Part shown: positions 26,101-38,792 of the stretch, one piece after another
Layout of the letters: each line of letters starts with the position of its first letter
Numbering within the stretch: position 1 is the first letter of the stretch
Assembly (NCBI GenBank): GCA_032718475.1
Contig: JAUCBJ010004764.1
Location: 1-44,752 of the forward strand
DNA length: 44,752 nt
Reading direction: 5' to 3'
Source of the DNA: Nemertoderma westbladi
Taxonomy: Eukaryota > Animalia > Xenacoelomorpha
Program-made: the position numbers and the translations under genes
The notes under the pieces: generated by a model
Told to the model about the DNA's origin: nothing
Seen by the model: only the letters and a program-made list of their open reading frames with translations
Databases searched by the model: none

Positions 26101-27201
26101 CTTCAGGGCGTCTCGCATCGCCACTTATCCGATCACATGTCCGAGATGGTGGAACAAACTCTCAGCGATTTGGAGAAGAGTAAGTGTCTCATTGTGGAAG
26201 ACGAGATGGAGGTATCACCTCTCAACCTCGGCATGATCGCTGCTTACTATTACATCAACTACACCACCATCGAGCTCTTCTCCATGTCGCTCAACGCAAA
26301 GACCAAAATCCGTGGTCTCATCGATATAATCTCGAACGCGGCCGAGAACGATTGCTTGCCGATCCGTTACCACGAGGAACAGTTGCTACGGCAACTGATC
26401 GCGCGGGTCCCCAACAAGCCGACCGATCCACGATTCAACGATCCCCATCTCAAGACCAACCTTCTGCTCCAGGCCCATCTCTCTCGGATGCAGCTGAGCG
26501 CTGAGCTGCAGAGCGACACTGAGGAGATCCTCGGTCGGGCGGTTCGGCTCATCCAGGCAGCCGTCGACGTTCTCAGCAGCAACGGGTGGCTCAGTCCCGC
26601 ACTCGGGGCCATGGAACTCTCCCAGATGGTGACGCAAGCCATGTGGAACAAAGACTCATACCTGAAGCAACTACCCCACTTCTCTGCGGAACACATTTCG
26701 CGCTGCACCGAGGCGGGGGTCGAGAGCATCTTCGATATAATGGAGATGGACGATTCGGATCGCGTCCAGTTGCTCCAACTCTCGGATTCAGATATGGCCG
26801 ATGTGGCGCGGTTCTGTAACCGCTACCCCAACATTGAACTATCCTTCGAGGTGGTCAATAAGGATTCTCTGTGTAGCGGCCACACGTGCGTGGTCCACGT
26901 GACCTTGGAGAGAGAGGACGAGATTACTGGTCCTGTCATAGCGCCCTTCTTCCCGCAGAAACGGGAGGAAGGTTGGTGGGTTGTTATAGGCGACCAGAAG
27001 TCAAACAGTCTCATATCCATTAAACGGTTGACTTTACAGGCTAAAGCTAAGGTTAAACTAGACTTTGTTGCCCCTCACCCTGGGCACCACGCTTTCACCC
27101 TGTACTTTATGTCGGACTGCTATATGGGCTGCGATCAGGAATATAAGTTTACATTGGATGTCCTTGAAGGAGCTGATGATAGCAGTTCCGGTGACGATTA
27201 G
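23194..27201 (+). CDS. SNRNP200: Brr2 coding exon 3 (rest of N-terminal cassette, Sec63, C-terminal cassette, Sec63)
   Basis: Contains [12 protein letters not shown], second-cassette [21 protein letters not shown], and the C-terminal [14 protein letters not shown]; stop TAG at 27199-27201. The spliced total is about 2132 aa. Confidence 0.97.
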   Translation, partial: VLVSTATLAWGVNLPAHTVIIKGTQVYVPDKGQWCELGALDVLQMLGRAGRPQYDQKGEGILITSHSELQYYLSLNNQQLPIESQFVSKLIDNLNAEVSLGSVQNAKDAVTWLGYTYLYIRMLRNPTLYGIGHDDLETDPLLEQRRLDLVHTAATTLDKTGLVKYDRRTGALQVTDLGRISSHYYCGHVTMATYNQLLKPNLTEIELFRVFSLSQEFRNITVRDEEKLELAKLVERVPIPVKETVEEPSAKTNILLQSYISQLKLEGFALGSDMVYITQSAGRLLRAIYEIVLGRGWAQLSDKALAMCKMVQNRMWLSMCPLRQFRGVQEFRKVSDDVIKRIEKKSYPWERFYDLGPNEIGELIRMPKIGKVIHKFVHCFPKLELVTHIQPITRSMLKVELTVTPDFKWDEKIHGSSEAFWILVEDVDSEIILHHEYFLLKSKYTQDDHVVKFFIPVFEPLPPQYFIRVVSDRWISAESQLPVSFRHLILPEKNPPPTELLDLQPLPVTALRHPVYEAFYAFPFFNPIQTQVFNQIYNTNENVFVGAPTGSGKTVCAEFAIMRLFIENPEGRCVYVTPKDYMAEQRYEDWQDKFGKRLGKKVVLLTGETGTDLKLLAKGNVILSTPERWDILSRRWKQRKHVQNVNLFIVDEAHLLGSHGGPVIEIICSRMHYISSQIESVIRIICLTSSILNYKDMATWLGCSANGTFNFHPNVRPVPLELHIQGFNVSHTPTRILSMAKPTYNATCQHSPNKPVLIFVPSRKQTKLTAIDMLTFAAADLQPHRFLHCREEELAEYLPILSDRTLQETLSNGVGYLHEGLSDRERRLVEQLFTLGAVQVLVVSQTLCWSIGVSAYMTVVMDTQFYDGRAHAYVDYSVTDMLQMVGRANRPKLDDDAKCVIFCQSSKKEYFKKFFYEPLPVESHLDRCLHDSFNAEVVTKTMENKQDAVDYLTWTYLYRRMTQNPNYYNLQGVSHRHLSDHMSEMVEQTLSDLEKSKCLIVEDEMEVSPLNLGMIAAYYYINYTTIELFSMSLNAKTKIRGLIDIISNAAENDCLPIRYHEEQLLRQLIARVPNKPTDPRFNDPHLKTNLLLQAHLSRMQLSAELQSDTEEILGRAVRLIQAAVDVLSSNGWLSPALGAMELSQMVTQAMWNKDSYLKQLPHFSAEHISRCTEAGVESIFDIMEMDDSDRVQLLQLSDSDMADVARFCNRYPNIELSFEVVNKDSLCSGHTCVVHVTLEREDEITGPVIAPFFPQKREEGWWVVIGDQKSNSLISIKRLTLQAKAKVKLDFVAPHPGHHAFTLYFMSDCYMGCDQEYKFTLDVLEGADDSSSGDD

Positions 27202-27278
27202 TTTATGGTGTACATTGTTGATTGTGTATTTTATGTTTCAATTTATTTTAGTTTATAAAGGGGCAATTTCTATAAAAT

Positions 27279-27284
27279 AATAAA
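27279..27284 (+). terminator. Candidate polyadenylation signal of SNRNP200
   Basis: AATAAA ~80 nt after the stop, followed by GT/T-rich sequence. Confidence 0.45.
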
Positions 27285-27872
27285 TTCACCGTTTAGTGTT
27301 CAATAATAAGTTTGTTCTTTGAGTTAAAAAAGACCTTGCAATTAATATGATTACAAAAATGTTAAGATCCGGCAGTTGAGTCTGAGTAAAGGTGATAGAA
27401 GCCTATCATAATTCACTTTATTAATACAAAATAAAAGAATGTCTCCTTTATTTTAATGAATTGAATTAATGAATTACATACAAATGAATTATTAACATAA
27501 GATGAAACTAATTCATTATACATACGATGTACGAATAAGTATTGTTTTTTAGTAAGAGTCGGAGAGGTCCGATCCACGAAATCATAATTTATTTGACTAC
27601 GATCGATCGCATTACCATTATATTCAGTACGCCTATTATGTAAAATTTGAATTATTGCTCAACAGAGAAAGAAGCTATATCTGCCAATATCTACTTCATT
27701 CATTTTGTATGTTTTTTTAAATAATAAATCATATTGCAGACATTTCGTTTTACAAATCGCATTATTTTAATCACATTTATTTCATTATGTGTAAATAACC
27801 CAAATAGTCCAATCAGTGAGCAAGGATTGTTTTATTGTGTTATGTACATTCCAGAATGTTAAATTGAAGTTA

Positions 27873-30800
27873 ACTACTATCAATAGACAGGTACCAGATA
27901 CGGACTACACTATAATCAATAGACAGGTACCAGATACAGACTACACTACAAACAATAGACAGGTACCAGACACAGACTACACTACAATCAATAGACAGGT
28001 ATCAGATACGGACTACACTACAATCAATAGGCAGGTACCAGACACGGACTACACTACAAACAATAGACAGGTACCAGACACAGACTACACTACAATCAAT
28101 AGACAGGTATCAGATACGGACTACACTACAATCAATAGGCAGGTACCAGACACGGACTACACTACAAACAATAGACAGGTACCAGACACAGACTACACTA
28201 CAAACAATATACAGGTACCAGACACAGACTACACTACAAACAATAGACAGGTACCAGTGACGGACTACACTGCAAACAATAGACAGGTACCAGACACAGA
28301 CTACACTACAAACAATAGACAGGTACCAGACACAGACTACACTACAATCAATAGACAGGTATCAGATACGGACTACACTACAATCAATAGGCAGGTACCA
28401 GACACAGACTACACTACAATCAATAGACAGGGACCAAAAACAGACTACATTACAAACAATAGACAGGGACCAGACACAGACTACACTACAAACAATAGAC
28501 AGGTACCAGTGACGGACTACACTGCAAACAATAGACAGGTACCAGACACAGACTACACTACAAACAATAGACAGGTACCAGACACAGACTACACTACAAA
28601 CAACAGACAGGTACCAGAAACATACTGCATTATAAACAATAGACAGGTACCAGACACGGACTACACTACAAACAATAGACAGGGACCAGACACGGACTAC
28701 ACTACAAACAATAGACTGGTACCAGACACAGACTACACTACAAACAACAGACAGGTACCAGTCACGGACTACACTACAATCAATAGACAGGTATCAGATA
28801 CGGACTACACTACAATCAATAGACAGGTACCAGACACAGACTACACTACAATCAATAGACAGGGACCAAAAACAGACTACACTACAAACAATAGACAGGT
28901 ACCAGACACAGACTACACTACAAACAATAGACAGGTACCAGACACAGACTACACTACAATCAATAGACAGGGACCAAAAACAGACTACATTACAAACAAT
29001 AGACAAGGACCAGACACAGACTATACTACAAACAATAGACAGGTACCAGTGACGGACTACACTGCAAACAATAGACAGGTACCAGACACAGACTACACTA
29101 CAAACAATAGACAGGTACCAGACACAGACTACACTACAAACAACAGACAGGTACCAGAAACAGACTGCATTATAAACAATAGACAGGTACCAGACACGGA
29201 CTACACTACAAACAATAGACAGGGACCAGACACGGACTACACTGCAAACAATAGACTGGTACCAGACACAGACTACTCTACAAACAATAGACAGGTACCA
29301 GTCACGGACTACACTACAAACAATAGACAGGTACCAGAAACAGACTACACTACAATCAATAGACAGGTACCAGTCACGGACTACACTACAAACAATAGAC
29401 AGGTACCAGACACAGACTACACTACAAACAATAGACAGGTACCAGACACGGACTACACTACAAACAATAGACAGGTACCAGACACGGACTACACTACAAA
29501 CAATAGACAGGTACCAGACACGGACTACACTCAAACAATAGACATGTACCAGACACGGACTACACTACTAACAATAGACAGGTATCAGATACGGACTACA
29601 CTACAATCAATAGACAGGTACCAGACACAGACTACACTACAATCAATAGACAGGGACCAAAAACAGACTACACTACAAACAATAGACAGGTACCAGACAC
29701 AGACTACACTACAAACAATAGACAGGTACCAGACACAGACTACACTACAATCAATAGACAGGGACCAAAAACAGACTACATTACAAACAATAGACAAGGA
29801 CCAGACACAGACTATACTACAAACAATAGACAGGTACCAGTGACGGACTACACTGCAAACAATAGACAGGTACCAGACACAGACTACACTACAAACAATA
29901 GACAGGTACCAGACACAGACTACACTACAAACAACAGACAGGTACCAGAAACAGACTGCATTATAAACAATAGACAGGTACCAGACACGGACTACACTAC
30001 AAACAATAGACAGGGACCAGACACGGACTACACTGCAAACAATAGACTGGTACCAGACACAGACTACTCTACAAACAATAGACAGGTACCAGTCACGGAC
30101 TACACTACAAACAATAGACAGGTACCAGAAACAGACTACACTACAATCAATAGACAGGTACCAGTCACGGACTACACTACAAACAATAGACAGGTACCAG
30201 ACACAGACTACACTACAAACAATAGACAGGTACCAGACACGGACTACACTACAAACAATAGACAGGTACCAGACACGGACTACACTACAAACAATAGACA
30301 GGTACCAGACACGGACTACACTCAAACAATAGACATGTACCAGACACGGACTACACTACTAACAATAGACAGGTATCAGATACGGACTACACTACAAACA
30401 ATAGACAGGTACCAGTCACGGACTACACTCAAACAATAGACAGGTACCAGTCACGGACTACACTACAAACAATAGACAGGTACCAGACACAGACTACACT
30501 ACAAACAATAGACAGGGACCAGACACAGACTACACTACAAACAATAGACAGGTACCAGTCACGGACTACACTCAAACAATAGACAGGTACCAGTCACGGA
30601 CTACACTACAAACAATAGACAGGTACCAGAAACAGACTACACTACAATCAATAGATAGGTACCAGACACAGACTACACTACTAACAATAGACAGGGACCA
30701 GACACGGACTACACTACTAACAATAGACAGGGACCAGACACGGACTACACTACAAACAATAGACTGGTACCAGACACAGACTACACTACAAACAATAGAC

Positions 30801-31637
30801 AGGTACCAGTCACGGACTACACTACAAACAATAGACAGGTACCAGGCACGGACTACACTACAAACAATAGACAGGTACCAGTCACGGACTACACTACAAT
30901 CAATAGACAGGTACCTGACACAGACTACACTACAAACAATAGACAGGTACCCGTCACGGACTACACTCAAACAATATACAGGTACCAGACACGGACTACA
31001 CTACAAACAATAGACAGGTACCAGAAACAGACTACACTACTAACAATAGATAGGTACCAGACATGGACTACATTACAAACAATAGACAGGTACCAGACAC
31101 AGACTACACTACAAACAATAGACAGGTACCAGTCACCGACTACACTACAAACAATAGACAGGTACCAGACACAGACTACACTACAAACAATAGACAGGTA
31201 CCAGACAGGACTACACTACATTCAATAGACAGGTACCAGGTACAGACTACACTACAATCAATAGACAGGTACCAGACACAGACTACACTACAATCAATAG
31301 ACAGGTATCAGATACGGACTACACTCAAACAATAGACAGGTACCAGAAACAGACTACACTACTAACAATAGATAGGTACCAGACATGGACTACATTACAA
31401 ACAATAGACAGGTACCAGACACAGACTACACTACAAACAATAGACAGGTACCAGACACAGACTACACTACAAACAATAGACAGGTACCAGACACGGACTA
31501 CACTACATTCAATAGACAGGTACCAGGTACAGACTACACTACAATCAATAGACAGGTACCAGACACAGACTACACTACAATCAATAGACAGGTATCAGAT
31601 ACGGACTACACTCAAACAATAGACAGGTACCAGACAC
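27873..31637. repeat. 36-bp minisatellite array (~105 units) with higher-order duplications
   Basis: Unit gactacactacaaacaatagacaggtaccagacaca. Identical variant patterns recur at a 791-bp offset and at a 322-bp offset. Confidence 0.97.
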
Positions 31638-31936
31638 TATATTATTTATTATATTACACTATATTATATTATATATTATATTATTTATCATATATTTTTT
31701 TCAGTATTTAACTAAGCGAGTTTTTTCCAACTTCCAATTTTATTAGGTCCTATAGTTTTCTCTTAAATAACGATTTTATTAACCTTTTTTTATATAATAT
31801 TTTTGACTTAGAGTGTTCAGTGAAACAACTTGGTCAACAAACGTGCAGGCACATTGATGGTGCGAAACCTATTATGATATTATGTTATAGTATATTATGA
31901 TTATGCTCTCCATAGCCAAGAAAATATGATACGATC

Positions 31937-32204
31937 CTATTGGGGCTCGAACCCGGTCTAGGTTTCAAACTTCCGGTTATCATCAACCGGGTGTGTGTGT
32001 CCTAAAACAAGTGAGCTACCAGGACGGATAAAGATGAAGATTGTACTTTACTTTGAGTTACTGTAAAATGCCAAAATATGATATCCCACTCCATAGCGAA
32101 TAAATCTTCATCCGTCCTTGTAGCTCAGTTGTTTGAGGACACACACACCCGGCTGATGATACCCGGAAGTTTGAAACCTAGGAACCGGGTTAGAGCCCCA
32201 ATAG
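31937..32204. mobile_element. Inverted (head-to-head) pair of tRNA-derived elements
   Basis: 31937-32042 is the diverged reverse complement of 32103-32204. Each arm has an A box (TAGCTCAGTTG-like) and a B box (GGTTCGAGCCC / GGTTAGAGCCC). Confidence 0.75.
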
Positions 32205-32504
32205 TGGCGGTTGATATTCGCTATGAAGAGCATTATCATATTGTTATATTACATTATACTTAATTCACCGTCACTCACCCAACAACAATATTGAAACCTA
32301 TGATGACACCAAAACATGGGTAACATACGTGTCATGGCACGTAAAGGGTTAATGCGTAGGTTAGTTTTAAGTACAAGTTTTAATTAGGTAAAAATTTTGA
32401 GTGTTCTTTATTTTATTTATCTAATACAGTAAGACCCCTTAGCAGAGTAAACTGCTCTTTGGGCCGGTTTCCCAGGTTACGGATTGGGATAATATTTCAC
32501 ACAT

Positions 32505-32800
32505 ATCGGACTTATTAAAATTAAACCGCAGAAAAAACTCAATTTTTACTCTTAAACTCCTCAAAAACTGACACATGACACTAATTCCCTACATCTAACA
32601 TTAAACTCCAAACTCATTCTGCAATAATCATACATAAAATATCCAGGTGTAATAATTGACAGAGAAATTGCACGTAAAATGCAAATAAATAACACAGTCA
32701 AAAAATCAGCTCTGCAACATCAATTATAAGACAAAACAGAGGACAATTAACACCAAAGACAAAATTACAAATCTATAGTATAAATCACTACAGTAGTAGA
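32505..32800 (+). mobile_element. Degenerate non-LTR retrotransposon (LINE) reverse transcriptase C-terminal fragment
   Basis: Manual translation from 32637 gives KYPGVIIDREIARKMQINNTVKK (cf. the KYLGV.ID..L.W..HI motif), preceded by IKIKPQK and followed by LTPKTKLQIYS. The frame is broken by stops and frameshifts. Confidence 0.6.
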
Positions 32801-33131
32801 TAAAAACCTTAGGTAAATATAACAAACAAATATATAACATAACTAAATGATCAAAATACTAAAGTCGAAAAACAAATATGGCCTAAACTCATTTTTGGTT
32901 GGATGTTCAAAACGATAGAATAAACTATAAAATATACGTAGGAATGTTCTTGTAAAGAGATTCTTTATCAATATTAGAATCATCTGTTATTTACCGACCA
33001 AGCGCACCGAGGGAGGTAAATAAGTCAGATCGAGGGGCGAAAAGGTAAATAACGTGTTTTATTTATCGTGCAATATGTAATTTTATAGTTAAAATCATCC
33101 CAATTATTATAAATATAAATAATATAATAAA

Positions 33132-34392
33132 TTATATTTAATAACTAATTAACCATTGCACCAGTCGCACGCAGTTTTATATTTAATAACTAATTAACCA
33201 TTGCACCAGTCGCACGCAGTTTTATATTTAATAACTAATTAACCATTGCACCAGTCGCACGCAGTTTTATATTTAATAACTAATTAACCATTGCCCCAGT
33301 CGCACGCAGTTTTATATTTAATAACTAATTAACCATTGCACCAGTCGCACGCAGTTTTATATTTAATAACTAATAAACCATTGCACCAGTCGCACGCAGT
33401 TTTATATTTAATAACTAATTAACCATTGCACCAGTTGCACGCAGTTTTATATTTAATAACTAATTAACCATTGCACCAGTCGCACGCAGTTTTATATTTA
33501 GTAACTAATTAACCATTGCACCAGTCGCACGCAGTTTTATATTTAATAACTAATTAACCATTGCACCAGTCGCACGCAGTTTTATATTTAATAACTAATT
33601 AACCATTGCACCAGTCGCACGCAGTTTTATATTTAATAACTAATTAACCATTGCACCAGTCGCACGCAGTTTTATATTTAATAACTAATTAACCATTGCA
33701 CCAGTCGCACGCAGTTTTATATTTAATAACTAATTAACCATTGCACCAGTCGCACGCAGTTTTATATTTAATAACTAATTAACCATTGCCCCAGTCGCAC
33801 GCAGTTTTATATTTAATAACTAATTAACCATTGCACCAGTCGCACGCAGTTTTATATTTAATAACTAATTAACCATTGCACCAGTCGCACGCAGTTTTAT
33901 ATTTAATAACTAATTAACCATTGCACCAGTCGCACGCAGTTTTATATTTAATAACTAATAAACCATTGCACCAGTCGCACGCAGTTTTATATTTAATAAC
34001 TAATTAACCATTGCACCAGTCGCACGCAGTTTTATATTTAATAACTAATTAACCATTGCACCAGTTGCACGCAGTTTTATATTTAATAACTAATTAACCA
34101 TTGCACCAGTCGCACGCAGTTTTATATTTAGTAACTAATTAACCATTGCACCAGTCGCACGCAGTTTTATATTTAATAACTAATTAACCATTGCACCAGT
34201 CGCACGCAGTTTTATATTTAATAACTAATTAACCATTGCACCAGTCGCACGCAGTTTTATATTTAATAACTAATAAACCATTGCACCAGTCGCACGCAGT
34301 TTTATATTTAATAACTAATTAACCATTGCACCAGTTGCACGCAGTTTTATATTTAATAACTAATTAACCATTGCACCAGTCGCACGCAGTTT
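33132..34392. repeat. 45-bp tandem array (28 units), highly homogeneous
   Basis: Unit atttaataactaattaaccattgcaccagtcgcacgcagttttat. Confidence 0.97.
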
Positions 34393-35100
34393 AGCTTCGT
34401 CCTTATTGTGATTTGTTACCAATGGAAAGGTGTCGTTGAAAGTAGTTAGAAATAACTATTAATGTCGTTGAGAAATAGCTGAGATATGGGCGATCAAAAT
34501 GTGCAGATATTTGCATCCGTTTGAGCCTGCAGGGCAGGCCATTTATTATATTTAATAAAATACACATTCTGGAACACATTATTTATTTGAATAAAATTAA
34601 TTACTTGATGTCATTTTACTAGTCGTAGTTACTCATTAAATAAATACAATGCCACAGAATCGTATTTTTTACAGTACAAATGATAATATAATGACATAAT
34701 GTGAATTTTAAAAATAAATATATTTTCTTTAAAATAGGTCTATCTCCTTTATTGTCAGCAAAAAAATATTTTACTATTATATTATTTTCTTAAGTACATA
34801 AAGGCAGGCATAGCTTGCCTGGCCCACAGATTTGGTATCTTTTATAATTATCAGTTTGTGCTATTTAGTACGTAACTTAGTGCGCTATTTCGCTATTTAG
34901 TGCGAATTTTTAGAGATCAATATAGGGTCCTGAGTATTAGTTATGATTTGTTTGCCAAGGCGACTGTGTATTACATTAGAGTCTTTGTAAGACAGGTTCG
35001 TTTAAAGCCATCTTGATGGCGTTCTAGTAATACTCCTAATACGTAATTGGTACCCAAACAGCTGATGAATACTTACTTTACATTATCTTACACCCTTTCC

Positions 35101-35115
35101 GGCGGGAAATTCGAA
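35101..35115 (+). promoter_or_regulatory. Candidate CDE/CHR (E2F-DREAM type) promoter element
   Basis: GGCGG-gaaa-TTCGAA: a CDE/E2F core, a 4-nt spacer and a CHR-like hexamer, ~110 bp upstream of the MRPL46-like ATG. Confidence 0.45.
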
Positions 35116-35225
35116 ACTTAGCGATGTTGCAACAACTGAGTCAGACTGTGAACGCATTCAGGAATTCTGTATTGTCTGGGTAGTTTATTGTTATTCCTGA
35201 ATGTTATCTATCAGCCCGCGCTGCA

Positions 35226-36002
35226 ATGTTTGTACACCGGGTGGAGACATGTATCAGAAAAGTTACCGGTGCTGGGAACAATCGTTCAATCTATTCATAC
35301 GAATTCAAGAAAGGCAGACAGTACAAACTGCAAGCCGCCATACTGATGTACCGTCTACCGGTACTCTCTCCGGATCTATCGATCACTGAATCTCAATGGA
35401 AGTCCAGGATCGGATCCCTGGAACTGCAGAATAGTCGACTCTCCGACCACGAGTTATGGGAACGGAACTTCTACCAGCGACAGGCCGATAATCCACAGTC
35501 GGTGTTCGGTGAGATTGCCCCGACTAAATACGAGGACAAACAGACCGAGAAACTCGCCTCGTATAAATTGCAACAGGAGCGCGATAAGGCGTTGGACCTG
35601 CGTGGAGATACAACTGATATATCCCGCTTACCGGCAGATAAGTTAATATATTTATGTAAACTGAAAGACGGGGGTGGATGGACACTGCCTATCTGCGATG
35701 TTACCGTAGGAAGTATGCGGCAGGCCGTGGATCAAGGGCTCTCCGACTATGTGACTGGTGACTACCACGTGGATGTATTAGGTATAACACCTAGCGCTGT
35801 GTATGACCTAGACTATGCTGAACCCACACCAGGCGGGCTAGTTGGGTCAACTGTCTTCCTTTATAAAGCCCAGCTGCAGTCAGGTGACCCGACGGCTGGA
35901 CCACAATGCGAGCGCGCTGCCTGGTTAGCCCCTTACGAGATCGCACACAGTCTATCTAATACCATAGTTAAGGCAATAAAGAGTTGTCATATGTCGTTCT
36001 GA
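35226..36002 (+). CDS. MRPL46: Mitochondrial ribosomal protein L46 (mL46)-like, single coding exon
   Basis: 258 aa. Motifs recalled from mL46: RLPVLS...LE..S.LSDHEL, D...L.R..D..L.L.K....W.LP, ..R Q A, VLG.TP..VY...Y, G.TVFLYKAQL and W....E (degenerate Nudix-like C-terminus). The N-terminus is basic. Confidence 0.8.
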   Translation: MFVHRVETCIRKVTGAGNNRSIYSYEFKKGRQYKLQAAILMYRLPVLSPDLSITESQWKSRIGSLELQNSRLSDHELWERNFYQRQADNPQSVFGEIAPTKYEDKQTEKLASYKLQQERDKALDLRGDTTDISRLPADKLIYLCKLKDGGGWTLPICDVTVGSMRQAVDQGLSDYVTGDYHVDVLGITPSAVYDLDYAEPTPGGLVGSTVFLYKAQLQSGDPTAGPQCERAAWLAPYEIAHSLSNTIVKAIKSCHMSF

Positions 36003-36575
36003 ACTAATATTATTTATTAGTTATTTCTATTATACAGTTCCATATAATTAATGTAGTGTTACGTTTTTATTTTTAGAATTTATTATCAAACACTTAAAGG
36101 ATTAATTGTATTCCATTCGTTTTTGTCAATAATAATAATTCAATGTGTGTTTTGTCAGGTGAAAACGAATTAGTTTAAAAAGTTAACTAACAACTTGTAA
36201 AGTGCAAAAATGGACTAACTCTCTGTTCTTGGTTCTTCTGCCAAAACCATGTCATGCAGCTGATTTAACCTATTTTAGAGAATAACGAACGAACAATATC
36301 ATGTTCGTGGGGCCTTCGCGCAGCACGAAGTCTTCCACACCTACTAAATTTAAGATGAATCAGGTTGTGGGCGAGTCAGAACTGTGAGCCATCAGCGAAC
36401 TGTTATAATTATACTATGGTAAAAAAACTGCAAACGTGTGAAGTAGAAAAAAATGAGAAGCATTGTTGCAGCAAGCAATATTTAAATTTAATTTGTTTTA
36501 GTTCTAAACTCCCAACACTTATTGACTTATTCCACAAGTGTTCCATCATAAATGTTTGTCGCGTGCTGCTCGAAG

Positions 36576-36755
36576 TACACAACACCTATTAATGCATTAT
36601 GCCTACTACTAACTACACAGTACACACAACATCTATTAATACGTTATGCCTACTACTAACTACACACAACATATATTAATACCTTATGCCTACTACTAAC
36701 TACACACAACATATATTAATACCGTATGCCTACTACTAACTACACACCACAACAT
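36576..36755. repeat. 40-bp minisatellite, ~4 copies
   Basis: Unit tacacacaacatatattaataccttatgcctactactaac. Confidence 0.85.
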
Positions 36756-38792
36756 TTATACCTAAAACAGTACTAAACAACTATCAAATACACCTAAGTC
36801 TTTCTCTTAACCTTATAGGCCTATAGATGCTAGTGACGAAAGTAAAAGCTAAATTTTTGAACTAAATTACCAACTCACACACGACGTGTAAATAATTTGA
36901 ACTCCAACAGAACTGCATCATGCTTCTTTTCTGGGTAAAACGATAATGTGGCAGGTAATGTGGCACGTGGCAGGTTAATTTAATTTTTTTTAGTTTTTAA
37001 TTTTAGATTGAGATATAGGTTTAGGTTGAGATTTAGATTGAGATAACTCAGAAAAGAAGACAAAAAATGTTTTTGTGGAAGCGATAGTAGGGGGTAATAT
37101 AGGAGGTATCCCCCCCTGGTGTACATTTTTTACGTTTTTGGTTTATTACTGTATTTCATCTGATCCAAAATTTAATGGGGATTTAAAATCTTAAAACAAA
37201 ACGGCTTGGCGAGATCTATTTTAGTTTTCGATTTATCGCTGTTTTTCCGTCACCAGTTTGTCCGTATACCAGACAGACATATTAGATACCACCAAACAGT
37301 AAAACTGACCCCGAAAACCCCCATATTGATAATTTTAGTGAGTTGATGTGCTAAACATTACTAACCGATTAACAGACCACAGACAGATAAGTTTGAGCGG
37401 GAAGGTTCAAACTTTAAAGCAAATTTATCTCAGAATTATACATTTTTCGATTTTCAAAATACTACTCCGCCATTTTTCACATAAATTCGATAATTTATGA
37501 CTCGTTTGAAACTTGAAAAACTCTCCAGCGCTTTTTTGGAAAAAATTTGTCAAATGTTATTGTGAATTTTAATTAATTATAATTTATTAATTTAATTCAA
37601 AATTGATAATTTAAAAAATCGGCTGGAGAGTTTTTGTAGTTTCGATGACAAAGTGCTGAGTCCAAAAAAGTTGGTATCAAAAAATTTGGACAAATATTAA
37701 GGGACTATAGTAGTGCTTTTAAATGAAATATGTAATTTCGCCGCTCGCCGATAGAGGGAGACCATAAATTTTCAAATTTCCATTTTTGTTGCTGTTTGGC
37801 CTCCCCACGTTGGCTACACACAACATACAGTGACATTGGCCTCCCACACGATATTAGAACTGTTTTAAAAAATCTCTTGAGGGAGGGCCTACCTATCAAG
37901 GGGGGCCTACCCCCCTTGATATCAGTTAATGACCAGAAAATGAAACAATAAACTCTGCTATTGTTTTCCGTTATTGATAGAATAGCTTCATTCATTGCCA
38001 CTGAACTTGTTCCTTAATTTATAATTTTCATTGTTGATTCACTTAAATGGAATTCGCGTCAAGGGGTATCACCCCCAAATGGAACCTCACATTTTGTTGC
38101 CTCTGGACCCTAATAATGGGTGAAAATTATTTCTCGTGGTACTAAACATTGGCTTGGTTGTTTAAGAATAACCAAACCAAATATTTTTAACATTTGCCCC
38201 AAAATAGCACTGTAATTGCCAAAAAGTGCCTTTTTTTCGCCAAATGCTATTTATCCACCAATATTTACAGTATTAGTATTTGTCTAAATGTATAAAATAA
38301 GATCAGAAGACCCCTGCAATCAATTCTTCTGAACGTTTTTCATTGAAAATGGGTTGGGGCCATTTTATAACAAAAAGGCCCAAAAATAGTTCTGTTGTTA
38401 GGCCCCTTTGATATAAAAAGACTCTGAAGATTTATAAGACCGTTGAGAAGATTTATGGACAAATTTTTTCTGAACAAGTGTACCAAATTTCAACTAATTT
38501 CAGTTAAAATTAGCTGAGAAATAGCCTTTTACATGAAAAACGTCACTCTGAGATATGGGGTGTTTGAAGTTTAAGGAACAATAATTTAAACCTTCCCGCT
38601 ATTTTAGATAATTCCATTTTTATTTGTTCAACAATAACTTGTCAAAACTGTAACAAATTCAATGAAATTCAACGAAATTTTTCACGCTTGCTAAAAATAT
38701 AACTAATCTTTTTAGCAATTTTATTCATAACTGTTCCGTGGGATACTTTTTTTTTTATGAAACGGGCCTTATTCAATTCGTAGCCTGAAAAT

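Noticed and set aside
23677-27020. Antisense and alternate-frame ORFs within Brr2 exon 3
   Set aside because: These are expected shadows of GC-rich coding sequence with no independent support.
5559-27201. Brr2 split into three separate genes or a pseudogene
   Set aside because: Canonical phase-0 GT-AG introns join the three ORFs into one full-length, motif-complete protein.
27816-29843. 675-aa repetitive protein gene
   Set aside because: It starts at GTG, has no signal peptide or unique domain, and later units shift the frame. Openness follows from a stop-free 36-bp unit.
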